Source of the DNA: an uncultured Lentisphaeria bacterium
GTDB taxonomy: Bacteria > Verrucomicrobiota > Lentisphaeria > Oligosphaerales > Oligosphaeraceae
Reading direction: 5' to 3'
Assembly: GCA_945827525.1 (NCBI GenBank)
Contig: CALZPA010000001.1
Coordinates: 1-53,178 of the forward strand
DNA: 53,178 nucleotides
Position 1 is the first letter of the stretch, and every line of letters starts with the position of its first letter. Shown here piece after piece: positions 1 to 9,627 of the stretch. The notes below the pieces were generated by a model. It ran no database searches and had not been told where the DNA came from. It saw only the letters and a list, made by a program, of their open reading frames with translations. A program made the translations under genes and the position numbers.

Positions 1-75
1 GCTTCTAGGGCTTCTAGGGGATCTAGGGCTTCTAGGGGATCTAGGGGATCTAGAGGTTCTAGAGGTTCTCTAGAG
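1..75. repeat. Degenerate short tandem repeat (8-10 nt units, core TCTAG[G/A]G), truncated by the window edge
   Basis: Read directly: cttctaggg / cttctagggg / atctaggg / cttctagggg / atctagggg / atctagag / gttctagag / gttctctagag. These are about 8 head-to-tail units, AT-richer than the flanks, lying downstream of the minus-strand rpsA stop. Confidence 0.8.
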
Positions 76-83
76 CAAAGAGA

Positions 84-140
84 ACGCCGTCAGGCGTGGG
101 AGGAGGCTGTTTGGGTGCCTGCCTGGCCGCCTGACGGCGT
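84..140 (-). other. 13-bp perfect inverted repeat downstream of rpsA (possible 3' structure, not a canonical terminator)
   Basis: acgccgtcaggcg (84-96) and cgcctgacggcgt (128-140) are exact reverse complements separated by 31 nt. No U-tract follows on the minus strand. Confidence 0.3.
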
Positions 141-214
141 GTCGGGGAGGCTGCGGGCCGTCCGCGTGGGGCGGGCACCGCAGCCGCTGTATGCTTGCGT
201 GTGTGGGTGGAGGG

Positions 215-1960
215 TTACTCGGCGTCGGTCGGGGCGGCCTCGGCTTCGTTCTGGGCGGAGGCATCGGCATCCTTGAGGGCGTCGTCGAGGGCGGCGCCGA
301 AGTCGCCGAGGGCGTCGCCGGCGCTGAGGCGGGAGACCTGGCTGGCGCTGGCGGAGCCGGTGCCGTCGACGTCGCGGAGGCTGAGTCCGATGCGGCGGTC
401 CTCGGTGCTGATGTTCTTGACGCGGGCGCGGACGATGTCGCCGGCGTTGACGACGTCCTTGACGCGGTTGACGCGCTCATCGCTGAGCTCGGAGATGTGG
501 ATGAGTCCGTCGATGCCGCCCTCGAGTTCGACGAAGGCGCCGAAGGAGGCCATCTTGGTGACCTTGCCCTCAACGATGTCGCCGACCTTGTACTTGTTCT
601 GGATGGTCTGCCACGGGTCGTCGGTGAGCTTCTTCATGGAGAGGCTGATGCGCTGGTTGACGTCATCGACCTCGAGGATGACGGCCTCGACCTCATCGCC
701 CTTCTTGAGGATTTCGCTGGGGTTGTTGACCTTGCGGATCCAGCTCATGTCGGAGACATGGATCATGCCGTCGATGTCGTCCTGGATCTGGACGAAGGCG
801 CCGTAGCCGGTCATGTTGCGGACCTTGCCCTTGATGCGGGTGCCCTGGGGGTAGCGCTCCTTGATGATCTTCCAGGGGTTCTCCTGGCACTGGCGGAGGC
901 CGAGGGAGATCTTGTGGCTGTCCTTGTTGACGTCGAGGACGACGGCCTCGACCTCATCGCCGACCTGGAGGACGTCGCTGGCCTTGTTGACCTTCTTGGT
1001 CCAGCTCATTTCGGAGACGTGGATGAGGCCCTCGATGCCCTCCTCAAGCTCGACGAAGGCGCCATAGGGCATGACGTTGACGACCTTGCCCTTGACGCGG
1101 CTGCCCTTCGGGTACTTGACGTCGACGGTGTCCCAGGGGTTTCCGTCCTTCTGCTTGAGTCCGAGGGAGACGCGCTGGCGCTCGCGGTCCACTTCGAGGA
1201 TCATGACCTCGATCTCGTCGCCGACCTTGACGACCTCGCTGGGGTGGGAGATGCGCTTCCAGCTCATGTCGGTGATGTGGAGGAGTCCGTCCATGCCGTT
1301 GAGGTCGACGAACGCGCCGAATTCGGTGATGTTCTTGACGACGCCGCGGCGGATGGTCTTGGGCTGGAGTTCGGCGAGGAGGGCGGCGCGCTTCTCGGCG
1401 CGGTCGGCCTCGAGGAGCTCGCGGCGGCTGAGGACGATGTTGCGGCGCTCGGCGTTGATCTTGAGGATCTTGAATTCCTCTTCCTTGCCGATGAATTCGT
1501 TGAGGTCGCGGATGGTACCGAGATCGACCTGAGAGCCGGGGAGGAAGGCCTCGACGTTGTTGACGTCGACGATGAGACCGCCCTTGACGCGGCTGCGGAT
1601 GGTGCCGCGGATGAGGTCGCCCTCCTTGTAGTTCTGCTCGATGGCGTCCCAGCTCTTCTGGAGCTCGGCCTTGCGGAGGTCGACATGCGGCATGTCGCTG
1701 TCCTCGTCACCGGTCTCCAGGGACACCTCCAGGTCGTCCCCGACCTGGATGCTCTCCCACTTGTCGCCGAGGTCCTGGGCGGGGACGAACGGCTCGGACT
1801 TGCCGTTCACGTCGAGGAGAATGCCATTGTCCAGCTTGCGGACGACGCGGCCGGTGACCAGCTGGCTGGTGGGCTTGCGGCTGACGTCCTCCTGGGGCTG
1901 GTTCCCGAACAGATCGTCCATGGACGGCATGTTCTCAAGGTCGATAAAACTATTGCTCAT
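215..1960 (-). CDS. rpsA: 30S ribosomal protein S1 (six S1 OB-fold repeats, acidic Ala-rich C-terminal tail)
   Basis: ORF 215..2029 minus. Repeated S1 motifs are present (G.V..I..FGAFV.L..G.DGL.H.S). I place the start at ATG 1960 ([11 protein letters not shown]...) rather than the ORF-track start 2029. A promoter-like element lies at 2079-2107. Confidence 0.96.
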   Translation of the reverse strand: MSNSFIDLENMPSMDDLFGNQPQEDVSRKPTSQLVTGRVVRKLDNGILLDVNGKSEPFVPAQDLGDKWESIQVGDDLEVSLETGDEDSDMPHVDLRKAELQKSWDAIEQNYKEGDLIRGTIRSRVKGGLIVDVNNVEAFLPGSQVDLGTIRDLNEFIGKEEEFKILKINAERRNIVLSRRELLEADRAEKRAALLAELQPKTIRRGVVKNITEFGAFVDLNGMDGLLHITDMSWKRISHPSEVVKVGDEIEVMILEVDRERQRVSLGLKQKDGNPWDTVDVKYPKGSRVKGKVVNVMPYGAFVELEEGIEGLIHVSEMSWTKKVNKASDVLQVGDEVEAVVLDVNKDSHKISLGLRQCQENPWKIIKERYPQGTRIKGKVRNMTGYGAFVQIQDDIDGMIHVSDMSWIRKVNNPSEILKKGDEVEAVILEVDDVNQRISLSMKKLTDDPWQTIQNKYKVGDIVEGKVTKMASFGAFVELEGGIDGLIHISELSDERVNRVKDVVNAGDIVRARVKNISTEDRRIGLSLRDVDGTGSASASQVSRLSAGDALGDFGAALDDALKDADASAQNEAEAAPTDAE

Positions 1961-2078
1961 GTCTTTTGTTCTTGTTGCCTGTGCTTGATTACACAACTGA
2001 CGCTGAAAACCCCTTTTAAGGCACGCCATCCCACCCGGGACGGCAGCAAGGGGTCAAAAATCGGAGCATAAAGTTTCT

Positions 2079-2107
2079 ACTATACAACGGGCTATGGGAA
2101 TTTGCAA
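2079..2107 (-). promoter_or_regulatory. Candidate sigma70-type promoter of rpsA (TTGCAA-N17-TATAGT)
   Basis: Minus strand reads TTGCAA (2107-2102), a 17-nt spacer, then TATAGT (2084-2079). This would give an A/U-rich leader of about 110 nt before ATG 1960. Confidence 0.5.
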
Positions 2108-2166
2108 ATTTCAAGCATCCGCCTAACCTGATTTTCTCACGTGGTCTAGGCGTGTCGGCTGCCGTT

Positions 2167-4440
2167 CTACGGCTGATTGCGGCGGCGGACGGTGAGGGTG
2201 ACGGTGGCGGGGCGGACGTCCTCGTCCTCGGAGACGGCGCGGAGGGTATGGGTTCCGACGGGGAAGTCGAGCCTGGCGTTTTGGGGGAGCTGTCCGCAGT
2301 AGAGGTCGTCGAGGTACCAGTGGACATTCGCGGGCTGTGCGCTGACGGCTAGGCGGACGGCGGCTCCTCGGGCGGAGACGTAGGTCTCGGGAAGCGGGCG
2401 GAGGATGCGGACGGCGCGCTGGGGGCGCTGTCCGTCGCGTCCGCAGCGCTGGCAGCGGCGCAGGGGGATGTCGGTGGCCATGCGTCCGGGGATGGTCTGG
2501 CAGACGCCCTCGACGGCGCGGAGTCCGGTGACGCGGCAGAGGGGGATGGGGCTGACGAAGGGGTCGGCGCTGAAGGGGAGCGGTCGGCGGTCGCGGTAGA
2601 GCGCCTCCAGGACGGCGGCAGCGCAGGGGGCGGCGGCGGTGGCGCCGACGAGGCTGGGCGAGCCTGAGCCGTCCTTGTTGCCGAGCCAGATGCCGACGGT
2701 GAGGTCGCGGGTGTAGGCGAAGCACCAGGCGTCGCGGTTTCCGGAGGAGGTTCCGGTCTTCCAGGCGACGGGGAAGGAGCAGCCTGGGAGCGGGCGCGCC
2801 TGGAGCATCTCGCTGACCAGCGCGGCCGCGCCCGGGGTGAGCAGCCGGCGCGGTGCGGCGGCGGACGCCTCGCCTGATGACGTGATGGGGGGTGTGGAGG
2901 CGACTCTGGGGAGAGTCGCCTCAGGAGGGGGCGCGGCGGGGTCGTCGTCGGCGGCGGGTTGTGGGGCGAGGAAGGTCGGGGTGACGGCGAGGCCGCCTCG
3001 GGCGAGCATGGCGTAGGCGGCGGCGAGGTCGAGGAGGCGATGTCCGGCGGTGCCGAGCGTCATGGAGAGTCCGAGTCGTTCGGCGAGCTCGTCGGACTCC
3101 TGGCGGGTGGCCGGCGCCAGGAGACCGAAGTCGCGGAGGCGTCGGAGGAGCCGTCGGACGCCGAGTCGGGCGACGAGTCGGACGGCGGGGGTGTTGAGGG
3201 AGCGCGCGAGGGCCTCGGCGGCGCGGACGCCGCCCTGGTAGGTGCCGTCGTAGTTGCCTGGGGCATAGTTTCCGAAGCGGAGGGGGATGTCGTGGAGGAT
3301 GGTGTCGGGGCAGATGAGTCCGCCGTCGATGGCCTCGGCGAAGATGAAGGGCTTGAGGGTGGAGCCGGCGCTGCGGAAGCTGGTGACGACGTTGACCTGT
3401 CCGGCGTCGCGGGACTGGAAGTCGAGGGTTCCGCAGAGCGCGAGGACCTCTCCGGAGTCGTTGTCGAGGATGATGCCGGCGGCGTCCTGGACGGCAGGCA
3501 GGCTGTCGGCCTGTCTCCGGAGGGCGGTCTCGAGGAGTTTCTGAATGAGGTCGTCGCGGGCGCAGACGACGCGGGTGGCGTCGTGGTCGGCCTGGTGTGC
3601 GGCGAGCTGGAGGTAGTGGTCGCCGCCGTGGAGGATGCCGTGGAGACGCGAGGGGAGGCGGAAGTCGCGGAGGGGCGGGGTGGTGGCCCAGGCGCGTTCG
3701 GCGACCTGTGGGGTGAGGAGTCCGACGTTGGCCATGAGGTGGAGGACGATGCGCTGTCGTTCGCGGGCCTGCTGCGGATGGCGGTCGAGTCGGTAGGCGG
3801 AGGGTCGCTGGGGCAGTCCGCAGAGGAGGGAGGCCTCGGCGAGGGAGAGGCTGTCGGCGGAGTGTCCGAAGTAGTGGATGGCGGCGGTCTCGATGCCGTG
3901 GATGCGTCCGCCGAAGGGGACGCGGTTGAGGTAGTTCTGGAGGATCCAGTCCTTGCCGTGCCGGAATTCGAGGCTGCGGGCGCAGCCGGCCTGCTCGAGC
4001 TTTCGCCGCAGGGAGCGTTCGCGTCCGAGGACGAGTCCGACGAGCTGCATGGTGATGGTGGAGGCACCGGAGATGATGCGGGCGTGGAGGAGGTTCTGGG
4101 CCATGGCTCGGAGCGCGGCCTGGCGGTTGACGCCGTCGTGGCGGCGGAAGTCGTTGTCCTCGGCGGCCATCATGGCGCATTGCGCGACGGGCGCGATGTG
4201 AGCCAGCGGCGCGTCCTGGCGGAGTTCGTCAGGGCGCGTGGGCTCGAGGAGGAGGAGCGTGCCATGGCGGTCCTCGTAGCGTCTGGATGGCGCGGCCTGC
4301 CGGAGGGCCGCGGTCACGTCGCCGCAGAAATGCGGGAGCGCGGCCCAGCCGGCGTAGGCGGCCAGCAGGGCGAGGGCGAGGGCGTCAAGGGCAAGGAGCG
4401 CCAGAGCCGCCAGCCGTCTGGGGAGCGACCATGGCGTCAT
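2167..4440 (-). CDS. pbpC: Penicillin-binding protein 1C (bifunctional GT51 transglycosylase / transpeptidase)
   Basis: GT51 motif EDNDFRRHDGVN. Transpeptidase motifs STLK (SxxK), SLN (SxN) and KTGTS (KTG). N-terminal membrane anchor. The start codon overlaps the stop of the upstream alpha-2-macroglobulin gene (ATGA at 4437-4440). Confidence 0.93.
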   Translation of the reverse strand: MTPWSLPRRLAALALLALDALALALLAAYAGWAALPHFCGDVTAALRQAAPSRRYEDRHGTLLLLEPTRPDELRQDAPLAHIAPVAQCAMMAAEDNDFRRHDGVNRQAALRAMAQNLLHARIISGASTITMQLVGLVLGRERSLRRKLEQAGCARSLEFRHGKDWILQNYLNRVPFGGRIHGIETAAIHYFGHSADSLSLAEASLLCGLPQRPSAYRLDRHPQQARERQRIVLHLMANVGLLTPQVAERAWATTPPLRDFRLPSRLHGILHGGDHYLQLAAHQADHDATRVVCARDDLIQKLLETALRRQADSLPAVQDAAGIILDNDSGEVLALCGTLDFQSRDAGQVNVVTSFRSAGSTLKPFIFAEAIDGGLICPDTILHDIPLRFGNYAPGNYDGTYQGGVRAAEALARSLNTPAVRLVARLGVRRLLRRLRDFGLLAPATRQESDELAERLGLSMTLGTAGHRLLDLAAAYAMLARGGLAVTPTFLAPQPAADDDPAAPPPEATLPRVASTPPITSSGEASAAAPRRLLTPGAAALVSEMLQARPLPGCSFPVAWKTGTSSGNRDAWCFAYTRDLTVGIWLGNKDGSGSPSLVGATAAAPCAAAVLEALYRDRRPLPFSADPFVSPIPLCRVTGLRAVEGVCQTIPGRMATDIPLRRCQRCGRDGQRPQRAVRILRPLPETYVSARGAAVRLAVSAQPANVHWYLDDLYCGQLPQNARLDFPVGTHTLRAVSEDEDVRPATVTLTVRRRNQP

Positions 4441-7400
4441 TCGACGGTCAGGACGTCCTCCTGGGCGAAGACGGCCCGGAGGTCGGGGGCGTACATGGCC
4501 TCGGCGATGGCTGGGGCGGCTGCGAAGCGTCCGGCGGTGACGGCGCGGACGGCGTAGCGGAACGTGTGGGTGCCGCGGGCGGTGAAGTTGCCGAAGAGGA
4601 GGCAGCGGTCATCGCGGCGGTCGATGTAGAGCGTCTCGAAGGGGGAGCCCCCGTCCGTCTTCCTGTCGGACTCGCGGATGGCGCGGGCGCGGGTGGTCAG
4701 GCCATCGTCCTCGATCTCGAGTCCGCCGGGGAGCATGTCGGCGACGACGACGTCGCTGACGTTGCAGAGCGAGGAGATGGTCAGCTCGACGGTGATGAGG
4801 TCGCCGGCGCGGAAGCTGGAGGCGGGCTTGCCGCTGGCGTCCAGGTAGCGTCGGCTGAGGGCGAGGGCGCCGCGCTCGGGGCGCATGGGGGCGCGGCGGA
4901 CGCCGAGCTGGCGGAAGGAGACGAAGAGCGGGCGTTCGCCGGCGTTGGCGAGTTCGAGTCGCTGGCCCTGGCGCAGGCTCCAGGAGCGGAGTCTGGCGCC
5001 GTCGAGGGGCACGGGGTCGGCGCCGTCGAGCCGTGCGGTGCCCTTGGGGGTCCAGTCGCCCTGGCCGGCGGCTCGGGCGGCGAAGCAGGAGAGTCCGACG
5101 ACGGCCCAGGCGTTGGCCTGCGGGGTTCCCCAGGCGCGTCCGTCGGTGCGGCGGAGGGCGTCGAGCTGGACGGCGAGTCGGGTGACGGCCTCGTCCTGCG
5201 GGAGGATGTCGGAGAGCATGGCGAGGGCCATGCCGGTCTGGGAGACGGAGTCGCTCATGGCGAGGGGGCGGCTGCCGTCCTCGTCGCGCCAGGCCTGTCC
5301 GGCGATGCAGGCACGGAGCCGTGGCATGGCCTCGGCGGCGTGGCCGCTGTTGACGAGTGCGGCGGCGGCGAGGAAGGCGGCCATGGAGTTTCCGGCGTCG
5401 TTCCGGAGGAGGGTCTGGGCGGCGGCGGCGGCGAGTTCGGCGTTCTGTCCGTGTTCGCCGGCGCGGAGGCTGAGGATGTAGGCGGCGTAGGCGACATGGG
5501 CGGGTCTGGTGTCGCTGAGGCTGCCGAAGCAGTCGGCGAGGCGGTTCTCGAGGGTGCGGAGGAGGGTGGCGTCGACCTCGCGTCGGCGGGCCAGCTCGAA
5601 GATGAAGTGGATGGCGTAGAGGGTGGCGTCGTCATGGGGGCGGTCGAGTCCGGGCCAGAGGGCGAAGCGTCCGCGCCCGAGGTGCATGTCGAGGATGCGG
5701 GCGAGTGCGGCGTCGAGTCGTCCGGCGTAGGTCTTGGCCTCGAGGTCGGAGATGAGGCCGGCCTGGGTCATCTCACGCAGCCAGAGGAAGGGGAAGGCCT
5801 GGGAGACGGTCTGCTCCAGACAGCCGTAGGGGTAGTCGTTGAGCCATTCGAGCGCCTCGGTCAGGCCGGTGATGGGGCCGGGGCTGACCGTCACCTTGCC
5901 GGAGGCCGTGCCGGCCAGCCAGTTGGCGGCGGAGAGCGTCAGGGTGCGCGACTCGCCGGGCGCGAGGCTCATGACGGACATCATCTCCGTCGGCGGGTTG
6001 GCGCTGCGGACATTCAGCTTCAGGCGGCCTGTCTTGGCGGCGGCGCCCAGCGTCAGGCGATACGCGACCTCGAACGCGCCGAGCTGCTCCAGGGCGCGGA
6101 CACGCAGGCGGACGGTCTGGCGGCCGCCCTTCGCCAGGCGTCCCCGCGTGGCCGTCGGGGCGTCGTCGGCGGCGGGCGCCAGGGCGCTCGGCAGCGTCAC
6201 GGCGAACACAAAGTCGCCCTCGGGCGCGTCGAAGTTGTTGAGGTCGAACGTGAGGTCGAATTCGTCTCCGGGGGCGACGGCGCGCGGGGCGGAGGCGAGG
6301 ACATCGACCTCCTCCCGGACGATGGCGGTGGTCCAGCCGCTGCCGCAGCTTTCCTCATTGGCGGCGACGCACATCACGCGCATGGAGCCGAGGAGCTCGG
6401 GCATGGCGACGGTCAGGTCGGCGCGTCCGGAGGCGTCGACCTCCACGGGCGGGAGGACGATGACGGCGGAGGCGGGGAGGTCGAGGGGCGTCCGGAGCAC
6501 GGCGCCGAGGTCGGCGTCGCCGCCGATGCGGATGGCATCCTTGAGGAGGACGTCGGGATAGATGGCGCCGTAGTTGTCGCGCCACTCCATGCGCGAGCGC
6601 CTCCGGCTGTGGAAATGCGCGAAGATGTCCGGCGTGCGGTAGGCGGTGAGCGAGAGGACGCCGCTGTCGACGAGGAAGACGTGCGCCAGACCGGCGGCGG
6701 GCTTGCCGTCGGCGTCGGCGAGCGCGACCTGGAGGCGGGCGTCCTGTCCGGGGCGGGCGATCTCGGGGGCGGTGACGGTGACGTTCAGGCGGTGGCGGTC
6801 CTGGCGGACGGGCAGCGCGGCGACGCCGAACTGGCGGTTCTCCTCGCCGGGGCCGGCGAGGAGGGTGACGCCGCAGAGGAAGCGCTGGGTGAGGACGGTC
6901 TGGGGGATGCGGATGACGAGGGTGTTCTCGCCGGCGGTGACAGGCTGGGTGCCGCTGAGTTCGAGGCCGGCCTCGCCCGCGCTCCACACCGCCCAGCCGG
7001 AGGCGGCGGCCTCAAAGGTGATGCGGGCCTCGTCGCCGGGGAGATAGCTGGATCGGTCGAGGCGGAAGGTGAGCTGCGAGGGATCCTTGACGCGCTGGCC
7101 GGTCTCGCCGTACCAGTGCCAGAAGGCGAGGCGTGTGCGGATGCGCTCGCCGACCGTCGCCACCGCCTCGTAGCCGCCGCTCGGCAGCTCGGGCAGGCGC
7201 CATTCGCCGTCGGTGCCGGCCAGCGTCAGCGTCAGCGGCTCGCCGTAGGGCTCGACGACGCGCTCCCACTGGCGCTGGCAGACGCCGTTGCGCATGACGA
7301 CGACGGACTGCCAGGAGACGGCGTGGAGCTGGAGGCGGACCTCCGCGCTGCCGCAGTCGGGGCGTTCCTTCGGGTCGGTCGTGAGGGCGCGGTAGCGCAG

Positions 7401-9254
7401 CACGGGCTGGCGTCCGTCCGCGTCGGCGGCGGCCAGTCCGAGATACCAGGGCGAGGTCTCGCAGAGGGCGTTGGCGCGGGCGGTGACGGCGCGTCCGCCC
7501 GGCTCGACGACGGTGGCCTCGGCTTGGAGGGCGAGGGGCGCGGTGCCGGGGTTCTCCTGCTGGGGCAGCTCCGGCCAGGTGTAGGGGACGGTGGCCTCGC
7601 CGTCCAGGCGGGAGTCGGCGTCACGCTGCTGTCCCCAGGGAGTCCAGCCGTCCATGTCGCCGACGGTGAAGCCCTCCCAATGGCGGGGCGTGTCGGCCGG
7701 CTCGAGCCAGAAGCGCGTCTTGAGCTTGAGGCCATCGGCGGAGCCGCCATGGTTGTAGGCGGCGGAGACGACGGCGGCCAGCGGCGAGCCCATCTGCGCC
7801 CGGGCGGGGTTCAGCCTCATGCTGACCTTGAGGCGGTCGGGGATGTACGTCGCCACCTGCAGGCTGGCGTTGCCCAGCGTGGCGCCGCCGTCGATGGACA
7901 GCGTGGCCGTGACGCGGCCGGTGCGCATCGACGGGGACAGGGCGAAGCTGCGCGTGACGAAGCCGTGGCGGTCGCTCTTGAGCTTGGCGAGACCGATGAC
8001 GTTGTCGGCGCTGTCGCGGAGGGTCAGGACGCAGGGGAAGTCGCGGAGCGTCTCGTAGCGGTCGGGGAGTCGCCGGCGCAGGAAGGCGGAGGCGGTGACG
8101 GTCTCGCCGGGTCGCGCGACGCCGCGCTCGAAGTAGAGGAAGGCGTCGGGCTTGTCGGTGAGCGTCCGGCCCTCGTTGGCCTCGCCGACGGGATGGGCGT
8201 CGAAGAAGGGGTTGGAGCCGTCCAGGTGGTTCTGGAGCTCGATGAGCGAGAGGTCGTCGCCGAGCTGGGCGAGGACGAGGCGCGGCGTGCCGTCGGCGTC
8301 GGCGAAGGGGTCGTAGGCGAGCCGGGCGCAGCCGTTCTGGTCGGTCTTGGCCTTGGCGAGGAGGCGGTTGGTGCGGCTGTAGACGAGGATGTCGGCGTTG
8401 GCGGCGGGGCGGCGGTCATCGAGGTGCTGGACGGAGACGAGCAGCTGGCGTCCGTCGCGGTCGCTGCAGAGGGTGAGCCCTAGGTCGGTGACGATGACGT
8501 GGACGAGGTCGCTGGAGGTGCGGTCGCGCCCGTCCCACGCGCCGTCGGCGGCGGGGCGGTCGCCCTTGTCGACGGCGGTCAACATGAGGAGATAGCGTCC
8601 GGGCTTGCCCTGGGGGATGATGTCCGTGAGGCTGATGGCGGCGTTTGCGCGCTCGTTCCGGGTGATGCGGACGGTGTAGGAGCGCTCATTCGCGCCGGAG
8701 TGGAGGGTGGCGAGGGTATGGAAGTTGTCGAGGTCGTAGGCGACGAGGTTGTCGCGGGAGAGGGTGTAGGCGGTGAGCTGGAGCGTGTCGGCGTTGGTGA
8801 TTTCGACGGGGAGTGTCCAGTTGTCGCGCCGGAGCGGGAGGATGGCTCCGCTGACGGTGGGTCTGAGGCGCGTGTCTCGTTCGGAGAAGGTGACGCGGAA
8901 GAGGTAGTGCTGGCTGGTGCTGTCGCCGTTGACGTCGGCGATGCCGGGCTGCAGGCGGACGAGATATGGCCGTCCAGGCCTGAAGTTGCCCTCGAGGAAG
9001 ACGGCTCCCCGGCCCAAGGTGTGCCGTGCGCGGAGTCCCGGCACGGCCGGCTCCAGGGAGACCTTGGAAATCAGGTTCAGGTCAAGATGGGTCTGGCTGT
9101 CCGTCAACAGCAAGAGGGAGTCCTCGCCCGACGCCAGGACGCGCAGCACCTTCAGCTCGCCCGCGCATACAGCCTGGAACAGCAGCAGACACACCAGGCA
9201 GCCCAGCACCTTCGCCCAAACGCCGCCACCGCACACGCAATCTCTCACACTCAT
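4437..9254 (-). CDS. yfhM: Bacterial alpha-2-macroglobulin (yfhM/ECAM type, thioester-containing), 1605 aa
   Basis: Thioester motif GCLEQ in YPYGCLEQTVSQAFP. Size and N-terminal hydrophobic signal/anchor (VLGCLVCLLLFQAVCAG) fit the family. It sits in the classic operon partnership with pbpC. Confidence 0.94.
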   Translation of the reverse strand: MSVRDCVCGGGVWAKVLGCLVCLLLFQAVCAGELKVLRVLASGEDSLLLLTDSQTHLDLNLISKVSLEPAVPGLRARHTLGRGAVFLEGNFRPGRPYLVRLQPGIADVNGDSTSQHYLFRVTFSERDTRLRPTVSGAILPLRRDNWTLPVEITNADTLQLTAYTLSRDNLVAYDLDNFHTLATLHSGANERSYTVRITRNERANAAISLTDIIPQGKPGRYLLMLTAVDKGDRPAADGAWDGRDRTSSDLVHVIVTDLGLTLCSDRDGRQLLVSVQHLDDRRPAANADILVYSRTNRLLAKAKTDQNGCARLAYDPFADADGTPRLVLAQLGDDLSLIELQNHLDGSNPFFDAHPVGEANEGRTLTDKPDAFLYFERGVARPGETVTASAFLRRRLPDRYETLRDFPCVLTLRDSADNVIGLAKLKSDRHGFVTRSFALSPSMRTGRVTATLSIDGGATLGNASLQVATYIPDRLKVSMRLNPARAQMGSPLAAVVSAAYNHGGSADGLKLKTRFWLEPADTPRHWEGFTVGDMDGWTPWGQQRDADSRLDGEATVPYTWPELPQQENPGTAPLALQAEATVVEPGGRAVTARANALCETSPWYLGLAAADADGRQPVLRYRALTTDPKERPDCGSAEVRLQLHAVSWQSVVVMRNGVCQRQWERVVEPYGEPLTLTLAGTDGEWRLPELPSGGYEAVATVGERIRTRLAFWHWYGETGQRVKDPSQLTFRLDRSSYLPGDEARITFEAAASGWAVWSAGEAGLELSGTQPVTAGENTLVIRIPQTVLTQRFLCGVTLLAGPGEENRQFGVAALPVRQDRHRLNVTVTAPEIARPGQDARLQVALADADGKPAAGLAHVFLVDSGVLSLTAYRTPDIFAHFHSRRRSRMEWRDNYGAIYPDVLLKDAIRIGGDADLGAVLRTPLDLPASAVIVLPPVEVDASGRADLTVAMPELLGSMRVMCVAANEESCGSGWTTAIVREEVDVLASAPRAVAPGDEFDLTFDLNNFDAPEGDFVFAVTLPSALAPAADDAPTATRGRLAKGGRQTVRLRVRALEQLGAFEVAYRLTLGAAAKTGRLKLNVRSANPPTEMMSVMSLAPGESRTLTLSAANWLAGTASGKVTVSPGPITGLTEALEWLNDYPYGCLEQTVSQAFPFLWLREMTQAGLISDLEAKTYAGRLDAALARILDMHLGRGRFALWPGLDRPHDDATLYAIHFIFELARRREVDATLLRTLENRLADCFGSLSDTRPAHVAYAAYILSLRAGEHGQNAELAAAAAQTLLRNDAGNSMAAFLAAAALVNSGHAAEAMPRLRACIAGQAWRDEDGSRPLAMSDSVSQTGMALAMLSDILPQDEAVTRLAVQLDALRRTDGRAWGTPQANAWAVVGLSCFAARAAGQGDWTPKGTARLDGADPVPLDGARLRSWSLRQGQRLELANAGERPLFVSFRQLGVRRAPMRPERGALALSRRYLDASGKPASSFRAGDLITVELTISSLCNVSDVVVADMLPGGLEIEDDGLTTRARAIRESDRKTDGGSPFETLYIDRRDDRCLLFGNFTARGTHTFRYAVRAVTAGRFAAAPAIAEAMYAPDLRAVFAQEDVLTVE

Positions 9255-9556
9255 CGACCGGCCTCCTTTTCAGCAGCACACACCACCACAACACCCATAC
9301 GGACACACAGGACGGGCACAGTGCCCCGACGCGGGGGCAGGCGAGCCTGTCCAAGACAAAACCCAAAGCGAATAGCCAAGCAAGAGGGAAAAAACGTATG
9401 TGCGGGGGGAGTATATGCGCTGGAGGCGTCCCCTGTCGCCGTGCGGCGACAGGACGAGCCTGCCGAGCGGTCAAACGCCTGCCTGGACGGCGGGCGAGCA
9501 GCTTCCCAGCCTGAACCTATTGCCTCTCCTGTACTTTGCAAAACGGCGGCGGCGCT

Positions 9557-9584
9557 TTGCATATTGGTGAATTCGCGGTATTTT
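9557..9584 (+). promoter_or_regulatory. Candidate promoter for the CPBP protease gene (TTGCAT-N16-TATTTT)
   Basis: TTGCAT at 9557-9562 and TATTTT at 9579-9584, in an AT-rich patch of the divergent intergenic region. By-eye match only. Confidence 0.3.
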
Positions 9585-9627
9585 TTTGGTATCTTCCGCA
9601 CTTTTTTTCCCGAGTTCTTCCTCCGCC

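Noticed and set aside
191-2071. 626-aa plus-strand ORF (and nested ORFs) covering the rpsA locus
   Set aside because: It is antisense to a clearly recognisable S1 protein gene. The translation is low-complexity (G/A/D/V/L/E-rich), as expected for the mirror frame of a high-GC3 gene, and carries no motif.
4287-8483. 1398-aa plus-strand ORF opposite the alpha-2-macroglobulin gene
   Set aside because: Antisense artefact of the high G+C content. The composition is G/A/E/V/D-rich and repetitive. The minus-strand frame carries the CLEQ thioester motif and a coherent domain structure.
9432-9453. Hairpin cctgtcgcc-gtgc-ggcgacagg in the A2M/CPBP divergent region
   Set aside because: A 9-bp stem with no U-tract, lying between two divergent starts. 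The function is indeterminate, and it is too weak to call a regulatory element.
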